A stretch of 64,000 bases of DNA from positions 145,283 to 209,282 of IMG/VR virus record IMGVR_UViG_3300036944_001289. One strand, 5' to 3'. The position numbers were made by a program, and so were the translations under genes. The number at the start of each line of letters is the position of its first letter. The first letter of the stretch is position 1. The notes beneath the pieces were generated by a model. It was not told the origin of the DNA and did no database searches. It worked only from the letters and a program-made list of their open reading frames with translations. Positions 49,329 to 57,162 of this stretch are shown here, in pieces.

Positions 49329-49733
49329 TTAAATATTTTCGATTATTCCGCTGAATTTTTCAAGATCTGATAGTTCTTCCTTATATGGTGTACGCATTAC
49401 TAGTTGATATATCTCTTCAAATGTAAATTCTCCTGGAAGAAATGCATAACAACCTCTCTCATTCCAAATATAATTCATCTGTTCCTCGAAGTGATTTGGT
49501 GTTGGGTTGTCAGTAAAGTAAAAGTTTCGATGATCGTATTCAATCATCTTCCACATAGATAAGTCTAGCTCATCATGTTTATCTTCTTTATGTGTGTTTA
49601 TTACTTCTGTGTGTATTTTAACATTGCAAGGTGTTTGGATACTTTCAACTTTATCATAGTTATATGCACAACCAAAAAGAAAACCTATATAAGCTATTGC
49701 GCAATTTATAATTATATTAGATACTTTTATCAT
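49329..49733 (-). CDS. Hypothetical membrane-anchored protein
   Basis: N-terminal hydrophobic helix. Confidence 0.5.
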   Translation of the reverse strand: MIKVSNIIINCAIAYIGFLFGCAYNYDKVESIQTPCNVKIHTEVINTHKEDKHDELDLSMWKMIEYDHRNFYFTDNPTPNHFEEQMNYIWNERGCYAFLPGEFTFEEIYQLVMRTPYKEELSDLEKFSGIIENI

Positions 49734-49960
49734 TTACAGGTATTCTTAGAGAAGTTTTTAACTGCAGATCTTGCACCGTTTGCTACATAATACTTCTTAG
49801 TAGACTCAAAAGAGTCAGCGGTAAAGATCTCTACCTCACCTCCCGTCTTATGAGCAAACGTCATACGACCAAACCTATTCTTAGATGTTTCACGAGGCTG
49901 AAAGTTCGGATTAGGTAGGATACCCATCTCAATTAACTTCTTAGTCTTATCTTCGTTCAT
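49730..49960 (-). CDS. Hypothetical protein
   Basis: Below promoter 49973-49988. Confidence 0.5.
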   Translation of the reverse strand: MNEDKTKKLIEMGILPNPNFQPRETSKNRFGRMTFAHKTGGEVEIFTADSFESTKKYYVANGARSAVKNFSKNTCK

Positions 49961-49964
49961 ATGT

Positions 49965-50375
49965 TTATGGGAATTTTGTTAAAGTTCCTTTGGCATCAGT
50001 ATACCATACCCTTTTCAAGTTATATTGTCCAAGATAAAAAGCGCAGTTAGGGCAAGGAATACTATTATCTACTTCTCCATTGTTGTTAATGCGGATGTTA
50101 ATCATCTCAATCTTAGAAAAGTCATCAATAGATTTACCCTTACCAAGTGCATCCATTTCAGAGTGGATACCAGCAATATAATCCTTTTTATACTCTCTAG
50201 TACACTTATAAGTAGCAGAGATACGATTAGTCTTCTTATAATGGTTAGTACCGATCTCGATTATCTTTCCTTTTCTAACTAGAAATGATACATGAAAGCA
50301 TGGGCCAGATTTGTGCTTCTCAATCTTGAGAGCTCGAGCAATATCAATTAATCTATTGAATTGCTTGTTGTTCAT
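49965..50375 (-). CDS. Cytidine/dCMP deaminase-like zinc protein
   Basis: HSE...PCPNC; start moved to MNNKQ because upstream is tRNA sequence. Confidence 0.75.
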   Translation of the reverse strand: MNNKQFNRLIDIARALKIEKHKSGPCFHVSFLVRKGKIIEIGTNHYKKTNRISATYKCTREYKKDYIAGIHSEMDALGKGKSIDDFSKIEMINIRINNNGEVDNSIPCPNCAFYLGQYNLKRVWYTDAKGTLTKFP

Positions 50376-50384
50376 GTTTGAAAA

Positions 50385-50425
50385 TGGCGCCTCCGGTTGG
50401 ACTCTAACCCAGAATAAAAGCTTAA
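50385..50425 (-). pseudogene. 3' half of a tRNA (degenerate T arm, acceptor, CCA)
   Basis: GGTTAGAGTCCAACCGGAGGCGCCA. Confidence 0.55.
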
Positions 50426-50501
50426 TGGTGCCTTCGTTGGGATTCGAACCCAAATAAACGCTTTAGAAGAGCGTTGTCCTAATCCATTGAACGACAAAGG
50501 C
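50426..50501 (-). tRNA. tRNA-Arg(UCU)
   Basis: Full cloverleaf; ACGCT-CTTCTAA-AGCGT; TTCGAAT; encoded CCA. Confidence 0.92.
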
Positions 50502-50505
50502 ATAT

Positions 50506-51177
50506 TCATTTTACTAAAAGTGATTTTATATACTCCTCAGTTAGTTGTTCTTTAGTAAGAAAAATAATATTATTATACTGTTCCTTGAGATGTTGAATTT
50601 TTGTTGACTGTACTTGCCTAGCAAAGGGGTTCTTAGGATCTAGGAATAGGTTATAATCTGGTAAAAAAAAGTCACTAAAATAATTATGTTCTATACCTTC
50701 ACTATCTTTCCATCTTATTGGTTTGGGACGTATCCATAAAACTTTTAAATTATCAAGTATATTAGCAAGATTTAACTCCCAACTAGAATCTAGCAGTACA
50801 CCTTTGTACTTAATAGTTTTCTTCTTTAACCGTCTATGTGGTGAGTTTAGTGCTATATTTCGTAATTTTATTTTTGTCTCTTCAGATTGTGATCTTTTTC
50901 CATATTTTACATAAATCAATGCTGCATTCTCTTTTCGATTTCGTTTTTTAATTAGCCCATTTTTAGATGCTTTGCATATAGTTAAGGCTGTGCAGTTGAA
51001 TTTAGTCGCACATTCAGCATAACTTTTACCAGTATCATAATAGTTTTGGACTTCTTCCCAATTTATATCATCATAACGAGTATATGAACATGTTTTACAC
51101 CATCTTAAATGATTTCTTTTGGCGCCAACTTTAAGTCCACTTATATCTTTATCACATGTAGGACAGTATATTATCAT
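50506..51177 (-). CDS. Putative homing endonuclease (Zn finger, HTH, NUMOD-like, PD-(D/E)xK)
   Basis: CPTC..HLRWC; SEETK.KL; SSWE..A..LD; YFSDF.L...LDPK. Confidence 0.7.
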   Translation of the reverse strand: MIIYCPTCDKDISGLKVGAKRNHLRWCKTCSYTRYDDINWEEVQNYYDTGKSYAECATKFNCTALTICKASKNGLIKKRNRKENAALIYVKYGKRSQSEETKIKLRNIALNSPHRRLKKKTIKYKGVLLDSSWELNLANILDNLKVLWIRPKPIRWKDSEGIEHNYFSDFFLPDYNLFLDPKNPFARQVQSTKIQHLKEQYNNIIFLTKEQLTEEYIKSLLVK

Positions 51178-51207
51178 GTAACTATTTATCGGATAGAGCA
51201 ACGAATC

Positions 51208-51242
51208 AAGGCGCTTGCTCTATACAACTGAGCTACAGTGAC
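51208..51242 (-). pseudogene. 5' half of a tRNA (Arg-like, A20), truncated in the anticodon loop
   Basis: GTCACTG-TA-GCTC-AGTTGTATA-GAGC-A-AGCGC-CTT. Confidence 0.6.
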
Positions 51243-51250
51243 ATAAAATG

Positions 51251-51571
51251 TTAAACTAGTTTTTCGATTTTGTATCGAGAGTTCTGTGTGGTTGCAATGC
51301 CATCCTTATACTCAATAACCTTTGAGGTAGAAAATACACCGTCGCGACCAGCTGGATGTTTCTTATTCGCAACACGAGCAAGCCAAATAGGTGAACCTAC
51401 TTTAATCTCTTCTATAAGAGAACCAAGAGTCCAGTAATCGTCGGTGATTGAAGAGGCTTTACTAAACTCGTTAAGTGCCTCAATTTTGGTGATCTTATAA
51501 AGAGTTATACCAAACCTAGCAAAGCGGCTATGAGCCTTTACAAACTCATTGATGTATTCTTGTTCGGTCAT
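51251..51571 (-). CDS. Hypothetical phage protein
   Basis: F.TS.V......T.NS.Y motif; promoter 51578-51593. Confidence 0.6.
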   Translation of the reverse strand: MTEQEYINEFVKAHSRFARFGITLYKITKIEALNEFSKASSITDDYWTLGSLIEEIKVGSPIWLARVANKKHPAGRDGVFSTSKVIEYKDGIATTQNSRYKIEKLV

Positions 51572-51677
51572 TTTATAATTTTATGAAAGTTCCACCAGCC
51601 CGTTTTTATTGAGGTGGTCGCTGGCTCTCCCTCAGTCGATCATATCCCCAAGCTTTATGGGCTTGGTTCTTGAATGG

Positions 51678-52106
51678 TTAGCTGACAAATACGTTCTCGG
51701 GATTAGCTTCAATATACTCCCCGATTTGCTTAAAAGTTAACTCTCGGTCGTTCATATCTGCAAGACTACCAAACTTATCACCTTGAACAGTTGCAGCTTT
51801 CTTAAACTTACCAACACAATTGCGTAATTTAAGTAATGTTCTTGCGCTATTAGGTAATGTATGACCATCAATATCATATTTAATAAAGGGTAATGCACCA
51901 TGTGGCTCCTCTATCGTTTTGGGTAGCTTTAATTCACCTGTTTCGTTAGCAAGTTTGCAAGCTAGACCAAGACAGCAATACACAGCTGTCTTATTTAACC
52001 GATTAACGGTATGTAGTCGGCTCTTACCTTGACGAAAACGTCCAGATTTAAGAGCATCAATCCAGAGACGTTGAAATGGTGTAAAATTATATGGTTGTTT
52101 GTTCAT
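51678..52106 (-). CDS. Hypothetical, tandem paralogue
   Basis: W.DAL.SG.F.QGK..L; YCCLG.AC; ND. Confidence 0.65.
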   Translation of the reverse strand: MNKQPYNFTPFQRLWIDALKSGRFRQGKSRLHTVNRLNKTAVYCCLGLACKLANETGELKLPKTIEEPHGALPFIKYDIDGHTLPNSARTLLKLRNCVGKFKKAATVQGDKFGSLADMNDRELTFKQIGEYIEANPENVFVS

Positions 52107-52489
52107 GTTATATTATTGAAGTAACGTTGAGGATTTTGTCGAATTTTAGCAGCAAGACATTTATGAGATTCACCCATATCGTTCAATACTGCGAGATCAT
52201 CTCCGCGTTTATCTACTAAGTTAAGCGCAGTTTGAACTGATTTTGGTAAATAACTTCTCCCACCATCAAAAGACACAACAGGTTTACCTAATGCAGCTGA
52301 TACTGACATTTTCTTTGAAACCTTTACTCCATTCTCACGTGCAACAACACAAGCAACACCGAGACAACAATAACTAACCGTCTTACGTTTTATATTGCGT
52401 GTTGCAAGGTGATTTTTACCTTGACGAAAACGTCCAGTTTCGAGAGCATTAATCCAAGCTTCTTGTAAAGGTGTAAAATTGTATTTCAT
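52103..52489 (-). CDS. Hypothetical, tandem paralogue
   Basis: Same motifs; promoter 52498-52513. Confidence 0.65.
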   Translation of the reverse strand: MKYNFTPLQEAWINALETGRFRQGKNHLATRNIKRKTVSYCCLGVACVVARENGVKVSKKMSVSAALGKPVVSFDGGRSYLPKSVQTALNLVDKRGDDLAVLNDMGESHKCLAAKIRQNPQRYFNNIT

Positions 52490-52546
52490 ACTTGTATATG
52501 TTATTCTTGTTCCTGATGCTATTCAGGATGTATGTAATTAAAAAAT

Positions 52547-52631
52547 TGGTGCCGCAGGCCGGACTCGAACCGGCACGCCGTTAAGGCAACAGATTTTAAG
52601 TCTGTAGTGTCTACCATTCCACCACTGCGGC
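52547..52631 (-). tRNA. tRNA-Leu(UAA)
   Basis: Type II cloverleaf; ACAGA-CTTAAAA-TCTGT; long variable arm; CCA. Confidence 0.95.
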
Positions 52632-53035
52632 ATTAATCTCTCAGGTGACACTAACTATTAACCCATTACTCTAATTATTAACAAACAACATTATCACCTG
52701 AGAGAAAATTAAAAAAAGAACTAAATGAAGGATATCAACTTTTATAGTGGTTTAGCCTATCTTCAATGAAGTCAGCGTTAGCTCATAGGTTATATCCATT
52801 ACCACCTTGTATCGCTTAGAAAGCGATTAGCATTTTCAATTAACTTATCTTTTATATGACATAATTTTATAGAAGTTCCAAGGTTAAAAGATTTGATAAT
52901 CTCCATGGTAGTTATTCTGCTATAGTTATTTCAGGAGGGTTTCTCTCTACTGCTGCTGTGCTGCTCACAACATTTGGAGCATCCTAAGACTACCTTAATC
53001 ATCCTAGGCCATTCTTACGAATCGATTATCAAAAT

Positions 53036-53145
53036 TAGTGAAGTGTTATAAGACTCGAACTTATATGTTGTGACTAAATCAACCGGCCCGCTAAGTGTAT
53101 ACGTCATATACCACCGCCTATGTTTACCATTTCATCAAACACCTC
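53036..53145 (-). ncRNA. tRNA-like RNA with 8-bp acceptor and extended anticodon arm
   Basis: Leu-type D arm; ATAAG-TTCGAGT-CTTAT T arm; ends ACTA. Confidence 0.65.
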
Positions 53146-53503
53146 AAAAAACTAATCACATAACAATCAGGTAATCTTCTGCCGCTGGTTACCGGTTACC
53201 TCCGATCCGAGACTTATACATGATAGTTTAAATTGCTATGTGAAGATTATATGAAAGAACAAAAAAATAAAGCCCAGATAGGTTTGACCTGCGTTACCTA
53301 TTATTCGTTTCATCAGCAGGTGAGTCATCCACGAATATATCTATCGTTAGAAAGAACTGGATAAATCAATAAAGAACAAAAATGTTTACGGTTACTTTAC
53401 AATGGCTGTTTTTGATGACTAGTCAGCCCAATTTCCACGAATTTCACCGTTGGATAATTCCGGTTAGAGGTCAATCTTTCCTTGTTACCCTAAGCTATTA
53501 AAA

Positions 53504-53582
53504 TGGTAGGCAGAGTGGGATTCTAACCCACGATCCGAGTGTTATGAGCACTCCGCTTTGGAACGGGCTAAGCTATCTGCCT
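53504..53582 (-). tRNA. tRNA-CAU (Ile2 or elongator Met)
   Basis: GAGTG-CTCATAA-CACTC; compensatory U19-A56; CCA. Confidence 0.88.
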
Positions 53583-53949
53583 GAAAGATTTACAAAACTT
53601 ACAAAGAACAAAAATAATTCTCAATATAGGCCGTTCATACAATACTTTTGCTAATGTACTATTGTATACATCGCACCGTGCGTAGTTCAATTATCCGTAG
53701 CATCGGAATTTTGTAACCACTTATATTGAGAAAAGAACAAAATTAGTGCGTTGTACGTAGGAGCTACCAACGCTAATAGCTGTACTTCACCAGCCTACTC
53801 TAGCTTTCATTACCACTCTGCGCTTTCAAAGTATCGGTAACTACTCATTATACATTTCACTTAAGACAATCACCTGCGGGTGTGTTGCAATATATAAGTT
53901 TCTATCAATTACTATCTAGAAATTGTTAACGAACTCTCTTAACACCTAA

Positions 53950-53965
53950 ATTGTATTAAAGTTCC
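53950..53965 (-). promoter_or_regulatory. GGAAC-N5-TACAAT promoter of the RNA array
   Basis: GGAAC TTTAA TACAAT. Confidence 0.65.
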
Positions 53966-53981
53966 TAGGCTATAATTTTTA

Positions 53982-54305
53982 TTAGCTCAATTTAATGCAG
54001 CAATCCAGATCATAGAAACCTTGCTTATCAAAACCTTCTGAAGCCAATACCTGCGTGTTGATAAAGTCAGCAAGGTTACGAGCATCACCTTCCAGTAGTT
54101 TCAATTTATTAGCTACATAATCCCAATGAGCAAAATGGCTAAAGGTATATGCTCCTTTTCCCATGATACCAATAAAGAAAGATCCTTCATTGCGTATAAA
54201 TCCTACTTGAAACATTGTCCCATTGCCTAGTGCAAGGTTAATAAAACCATGCGTTGAATCTAGGTATTTAAACTCCTTACTCTCAAAAGGTCTAATTGTT
54301 TCCAT
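53982..54305 (-). CDS. Hypothetical protein
   Basis: ATG 5 nt below promoter 54311-54326. Confidence 0.6.
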   Translation of the reverse strand: METIRPFESKEFKYLDSTHGFINLALGNGTMFQVGFIRNEGSFFIGIMGKGAYTFSHFAHWDYVANKLKLLEGDARNLADFINTQVLASEGFDKQGFYDLDCCIKLS

Positions 54306-54502
54306 GTTTTATTTTATATCAGTTCCTGCGGATTAACCAATCTCTTTACCTCTAAAGTAAGCACATAAAGCCATCCAAAAAGCTGTTAAAAACGTACAGA
54401 TTGCATAACCTGCACCCATATTCTTGTATATAAGTGCAGATACTGATCCAAGTATAATACAAGGTACTGTACCATCTAAAGCGATGTATCGTAGTATTCT
54501 TT

Positions 54503-54709
54503 TCATTTTGTTTTATATTCTGAGTTACTAGGCAAGCTCTTAGTTAACTGCTTAAGGTGTATAAGTAGCTGAGTAAGCTCATTAACCTCATCGTGCGGCC
54601 ATTCTTCATTATTATTTTCTTCTAATAAATTGATAATCTCTTCCATCTTGGAAGAAGCTTCAGCACGTGTATAAGAGATATCTATCTCTTGATTTGTTTG
54701 AGTGTCCAT
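54503..54709 (-). CDS. Hypothetical protein
   Basis: ORF in array. Confidence 0.5.
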   Translation of the reverse strand: MDTQTNQEIDISYTRAEASSKMEEIINLLEENNNEEWPHDEVNELTQLLIHLKQLTKSLPSNSEYKTK

Positions 54710-54735
54710 AAAAGTATTGGGAAAAGGAAATCGGA

Positions 54736-54822
54736 GGCTAACCAGTCGTTGCAGAAAATGCGGTTAAATGTCACAGGTCATGCGGAGCAGCTAGCCCCGC
54801 ATTTCTGAACTTGTCGTTAGGC
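54736..54822 (+). mobile_element. Integron attC site (87 bp)
   Basis: R'' GGCTAAC, 5-nt spacer, L'' GTT(G)CAGA, stem AAATGCGG/CCGCATTT, L' TCTGAAC, 5-nt spacer, R' GTTAGGC. Confidence 0.8.
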
Positions 54823-55016
54823 ACGGGGAACCGTCCTGCGTGTAGTCGGCAAAGGTGCATTCCGTTGAAGTTCCCGCACGCAGACGCTTTGCACGGTCTG
54901 CTTATCCATGCGCCGCCCCTTCGCTCCATAGGATAGTATCCTTCACAGAGCCTAACAAGGCACTGGACGCGAAGCCCTTTGCGGGTCGCGGGTTGATCGG
55001 AAGCGTTGTTTTTCAT
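54771..55016 (-). CDS. Cys/His-rich small ORF spanning the cassette, antisense to attC
   Basis: C..C..C..C..H; GC-rich relative to genome. Confidence 0.45.
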   Translation of the reverse strand: MKNNASDQPATRKGLRVQCLVRLCEGYYPMERRGGAWISRPCKASACGNFNGMHLCRLHAGRFPVPNDKFRNAGLAAPHDL

Positions 55017-55117
55017 CGGTAGTCAGGTAGAGCGCGGCTTTTTTCTGACGCATTGAGCGCCTGAGCGACCTTGGCTTGGGATTCGGGACTTAGTTTGGGA
55101 TTCATAAATTATTCATT

Positions 55118-55717
55118 TTAGAATGATTCAATAACCATCTTCATCCCGGCCTTAATATCTTTAAGATCTTTTACGAGCTGCTTACGGTTATAAGAGTTAT
55201 ACTTAATTGTAAAGTCTGCCAAGAACTCTGCAATGGGTCGATCTTTAAGCGATGCACTAACAATCTTTTGCCAATATTCACTTTGTTTGCATAACTCTAC
55301 AATCGAAGCTTCTGTCTTTACAGTACCATCACTATCTATAAAACACTCAATACGTTGACCTATATCGTAATACATACTATCAACGTAGTAACCTCGCATA
55401 CGATATGATAAATCACAATCTTTACTTACTAGTGTTGATAGATTATAGCCTGTACGTTTTGCAGGTGACTTATGATACCATTTATGGTATTTTTCATCGA
55501 ATTCATTTAAACTTCCATTCTTTACGAAACCAAACTCACTTGTCAAAGACACTGCAGTATCTAGCATGCACCAGAATTGCCAATGATTGTATGGTTGAGC
55601 ATTTTCCCATGCACCATCACTAAGTTGACCTTTGATTTCATTATCAAAGATAGCCTTGAGTCCTTTATTGGGTAACAAAAATAGGTGTTGTTTCATATCG
55701 AAAATATTGTAGTACAT
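55118..55717 (-). CDS. Hypothetical phage protein
   Basis: E..GQLSDG.WEN..P..HW motif; true start probably MKQHL. Confidence 0.6.
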   Translation of the reverse strand: MYYNIFDMKQHLFLLPNKGLKAIFDNEIKGQLSDGAWENAQPYNHWQFWCMLDTAVSLTSEFGFVKNGSLNEFDEKYHKWYHKSPAKRTGYNLSTLVSKDCDLSYRMRGYYVDSMYYDIGQRIECFIDSDGTVKTEASIVELCKQSEYWQKIVSASLKDRPIAEFLADFTIKYNSYNRKQLVKDLKDIKAGMKMVIESF

Positions 55718-55938
55718 TTCCCCTGGCGTAAATTGTAAACGTATTGCTTCCTGTGGTTACCTTTCTTAACTAGTACTGTACCTACATCTCCAGATACATT
55801 AGTATTAATTATATCACCATCAGTATGCATTACCGATTTAGTACATCCTGATTTGTTCTCAATTATTAAGAAAGAGTTAACAGTTCGAGGCACTATAGAA
55901 TAATCACTCATAGTTTGTATATCTGATAAAGAATCCAA
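55693..55938 (-). CDS. Hypothetical protein
   Basis: ORF in array. Confidence 0.45.
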   Translation of the reverse strand: MDSLSDIQTMSDYSIVPRTVNSFLIIENKSGCTKSVMHTDGDIINTNVSGDVGTVLVKKGNHRKQYVYNLRQGKCTTIFSI

Positions 55939-56480
55939 TGAGCAAAGTCAATATGCTTATTAGCTAACCAAGACAACCTTAATCTTAGATGGTATCTAAT
56001 ACTATCTATAGTACGCTCAAACCATTTTCTATTATTATGCTTTATCGTTTTTTCTCTGAACTCTCTTTCTCTTTTCTTTCTTTCAGAGTTGTCACTAAAA
56101 TCAAACTTTACTAGCTTAATATCTTTAATGTTACCATCAACAATATGTGCTGAATATTCTAACCAGACATCTGAATCAGGTGTAATATCATTCCATAGGT
56201 CATAGAAGCAGATGTAGTCAGTTATATCTGCTCTCTTAACCCACTTTACTGTATCTGGTTTCTCTTGACAATATCCACCTAATAGATGTGTTTTATCTTC
56301 TACAAAGATACGTTCTGACTTTCGTTCTTGAATCTCTCCGTCTTTAAAACGATACTCTGCAAGTAAGCAATTCAAATCTTTAGTCTGATATGATCGTTCA
56401 TGAAAATTAAACGACTCAAAGTTATCTGGTTTAGGTAAGTCAACTGACTTATCAATTGTTATAGAATCAAACATTCCCAA
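55908..56480 (-). CDS. Phage protein, MGMFD...QTKD family, TTG start with SD
   Basis: GGAGG 8 nt before TTG. Confidence 0.65.
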   Translation of the reverse strand: MGMFDSITIDKSVDLPKPDNFESFNFHERSYQTKDLNCLLAEYRFKDGEIQERKSERIFVEDKTHLLGGYCQEKPDTVKWVKRADITDYICFYDLWNDITPDSDVWLEYSAHIVDGNIKDIKLVKFDFSDNSERKKREREFREKTIKHNNRKWFERTIDSIRYHLRLRLSWLANKHIDFAHWILYQIYKL

Positions 56481-56541
56481 AATCGTACCCTCCGTTTAAT
56501 GGTGAATGTTCGATAACATGTGATTTAGTATAAGTAATTAT

Positions 56542-57162
56542 ATGTCTCATTTTTATATTTTATATAAGATAGTAAATAAAGTCAATAATAAATTCTATAT
56601 AGGTGTACATAAGACTGTCGATATACACGATAACTATATGGGTTCTGGTCATCTTATAAAGGCTGCTATTGCAAAATATGGTATCGAGAATTTTACAAAA
56701 GAAATAATAAACGTATTTACAAATAGTGTAGATGCGTATAATAAAGAAAGAGAAATTATAACAAAGGAGTTATTAGAGAGCAAGCAGTGTTATAATATAA
56801 AGGAAGGTGGTCGTGGTGGGTTTGAACATATAAGACAGAAAAATCTACATAAGTGGTCTAAAGGTAAGGTAATTATACATAACCCTTTAACTGGGCAGCA
56901 AACTAAAGTATCGACTGATTTATTACAATCTTATTTGGACAAAGGATGGTTAAAGGGATTTAAGCCTGAAGCACTAAAACGGATGTCGGAGTCTGGTAAA
57001 ATTAAAATACAAACAGCAGAACATCGCAGTAAGAACTCTCAAACCAAAAAGGGTTGCAAAAAATTAATACCACCAGAACATAGTATGTATAAACAGAGAT
57101 ATAAATTTATTAAAATTGAGAAGGTAGAAGAATATATAGCTGCAGGTTGGAGACTGTTTTAG
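56542..57162 (+). CDS. GIY-YIG homing endonuclease (Seg-like)
   Basis: LYKI.N.VN.KFYIGVH; YMGSG; KYG.ENF.KE; YN...GG. Confidence 0.88.
   Translation: MSHFYILYKIVNKVNNKFYIGVHKTVDIHDNYMGSGHLIKAAIAKYGIENFTKEIINVFTNSVDAYNKEREIITKELLESKQCYNIKEGGRGGFEHIRQKNLHKWSKGKVIIHNPLTGQQTKVSTDLLQSYLDKGWLKGFKPEALKRMSESGKIKIQTAEHRSKNSQTKKGCKKLIPPEHSMYKQRYKFIKIEKVEEYIAAGWRLF

Larger units (their letters stand above)
52637..53945 (-). ncRNA. Array of structured non-coding RNAs interspersed with tRNAs
   Basis: No ORF of 60 aa or more; successive units with closing stems; TGTTCTTT spacers; promoters at 53950-53965 and 52864-52879. Confidence 0.65.

Noticed and set aside
50385-51242. Group I intron in a tRNA
   Set aside because: No room for a P3-P9 core, no terminal G junction, and the rejoined stems are mismatched
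53295-53325. Hammerhead ribozyme (CTGATGA..GAAA)
   Set aside because: CTGATGA overlaps GAAA with no stem II, so the core cannot form
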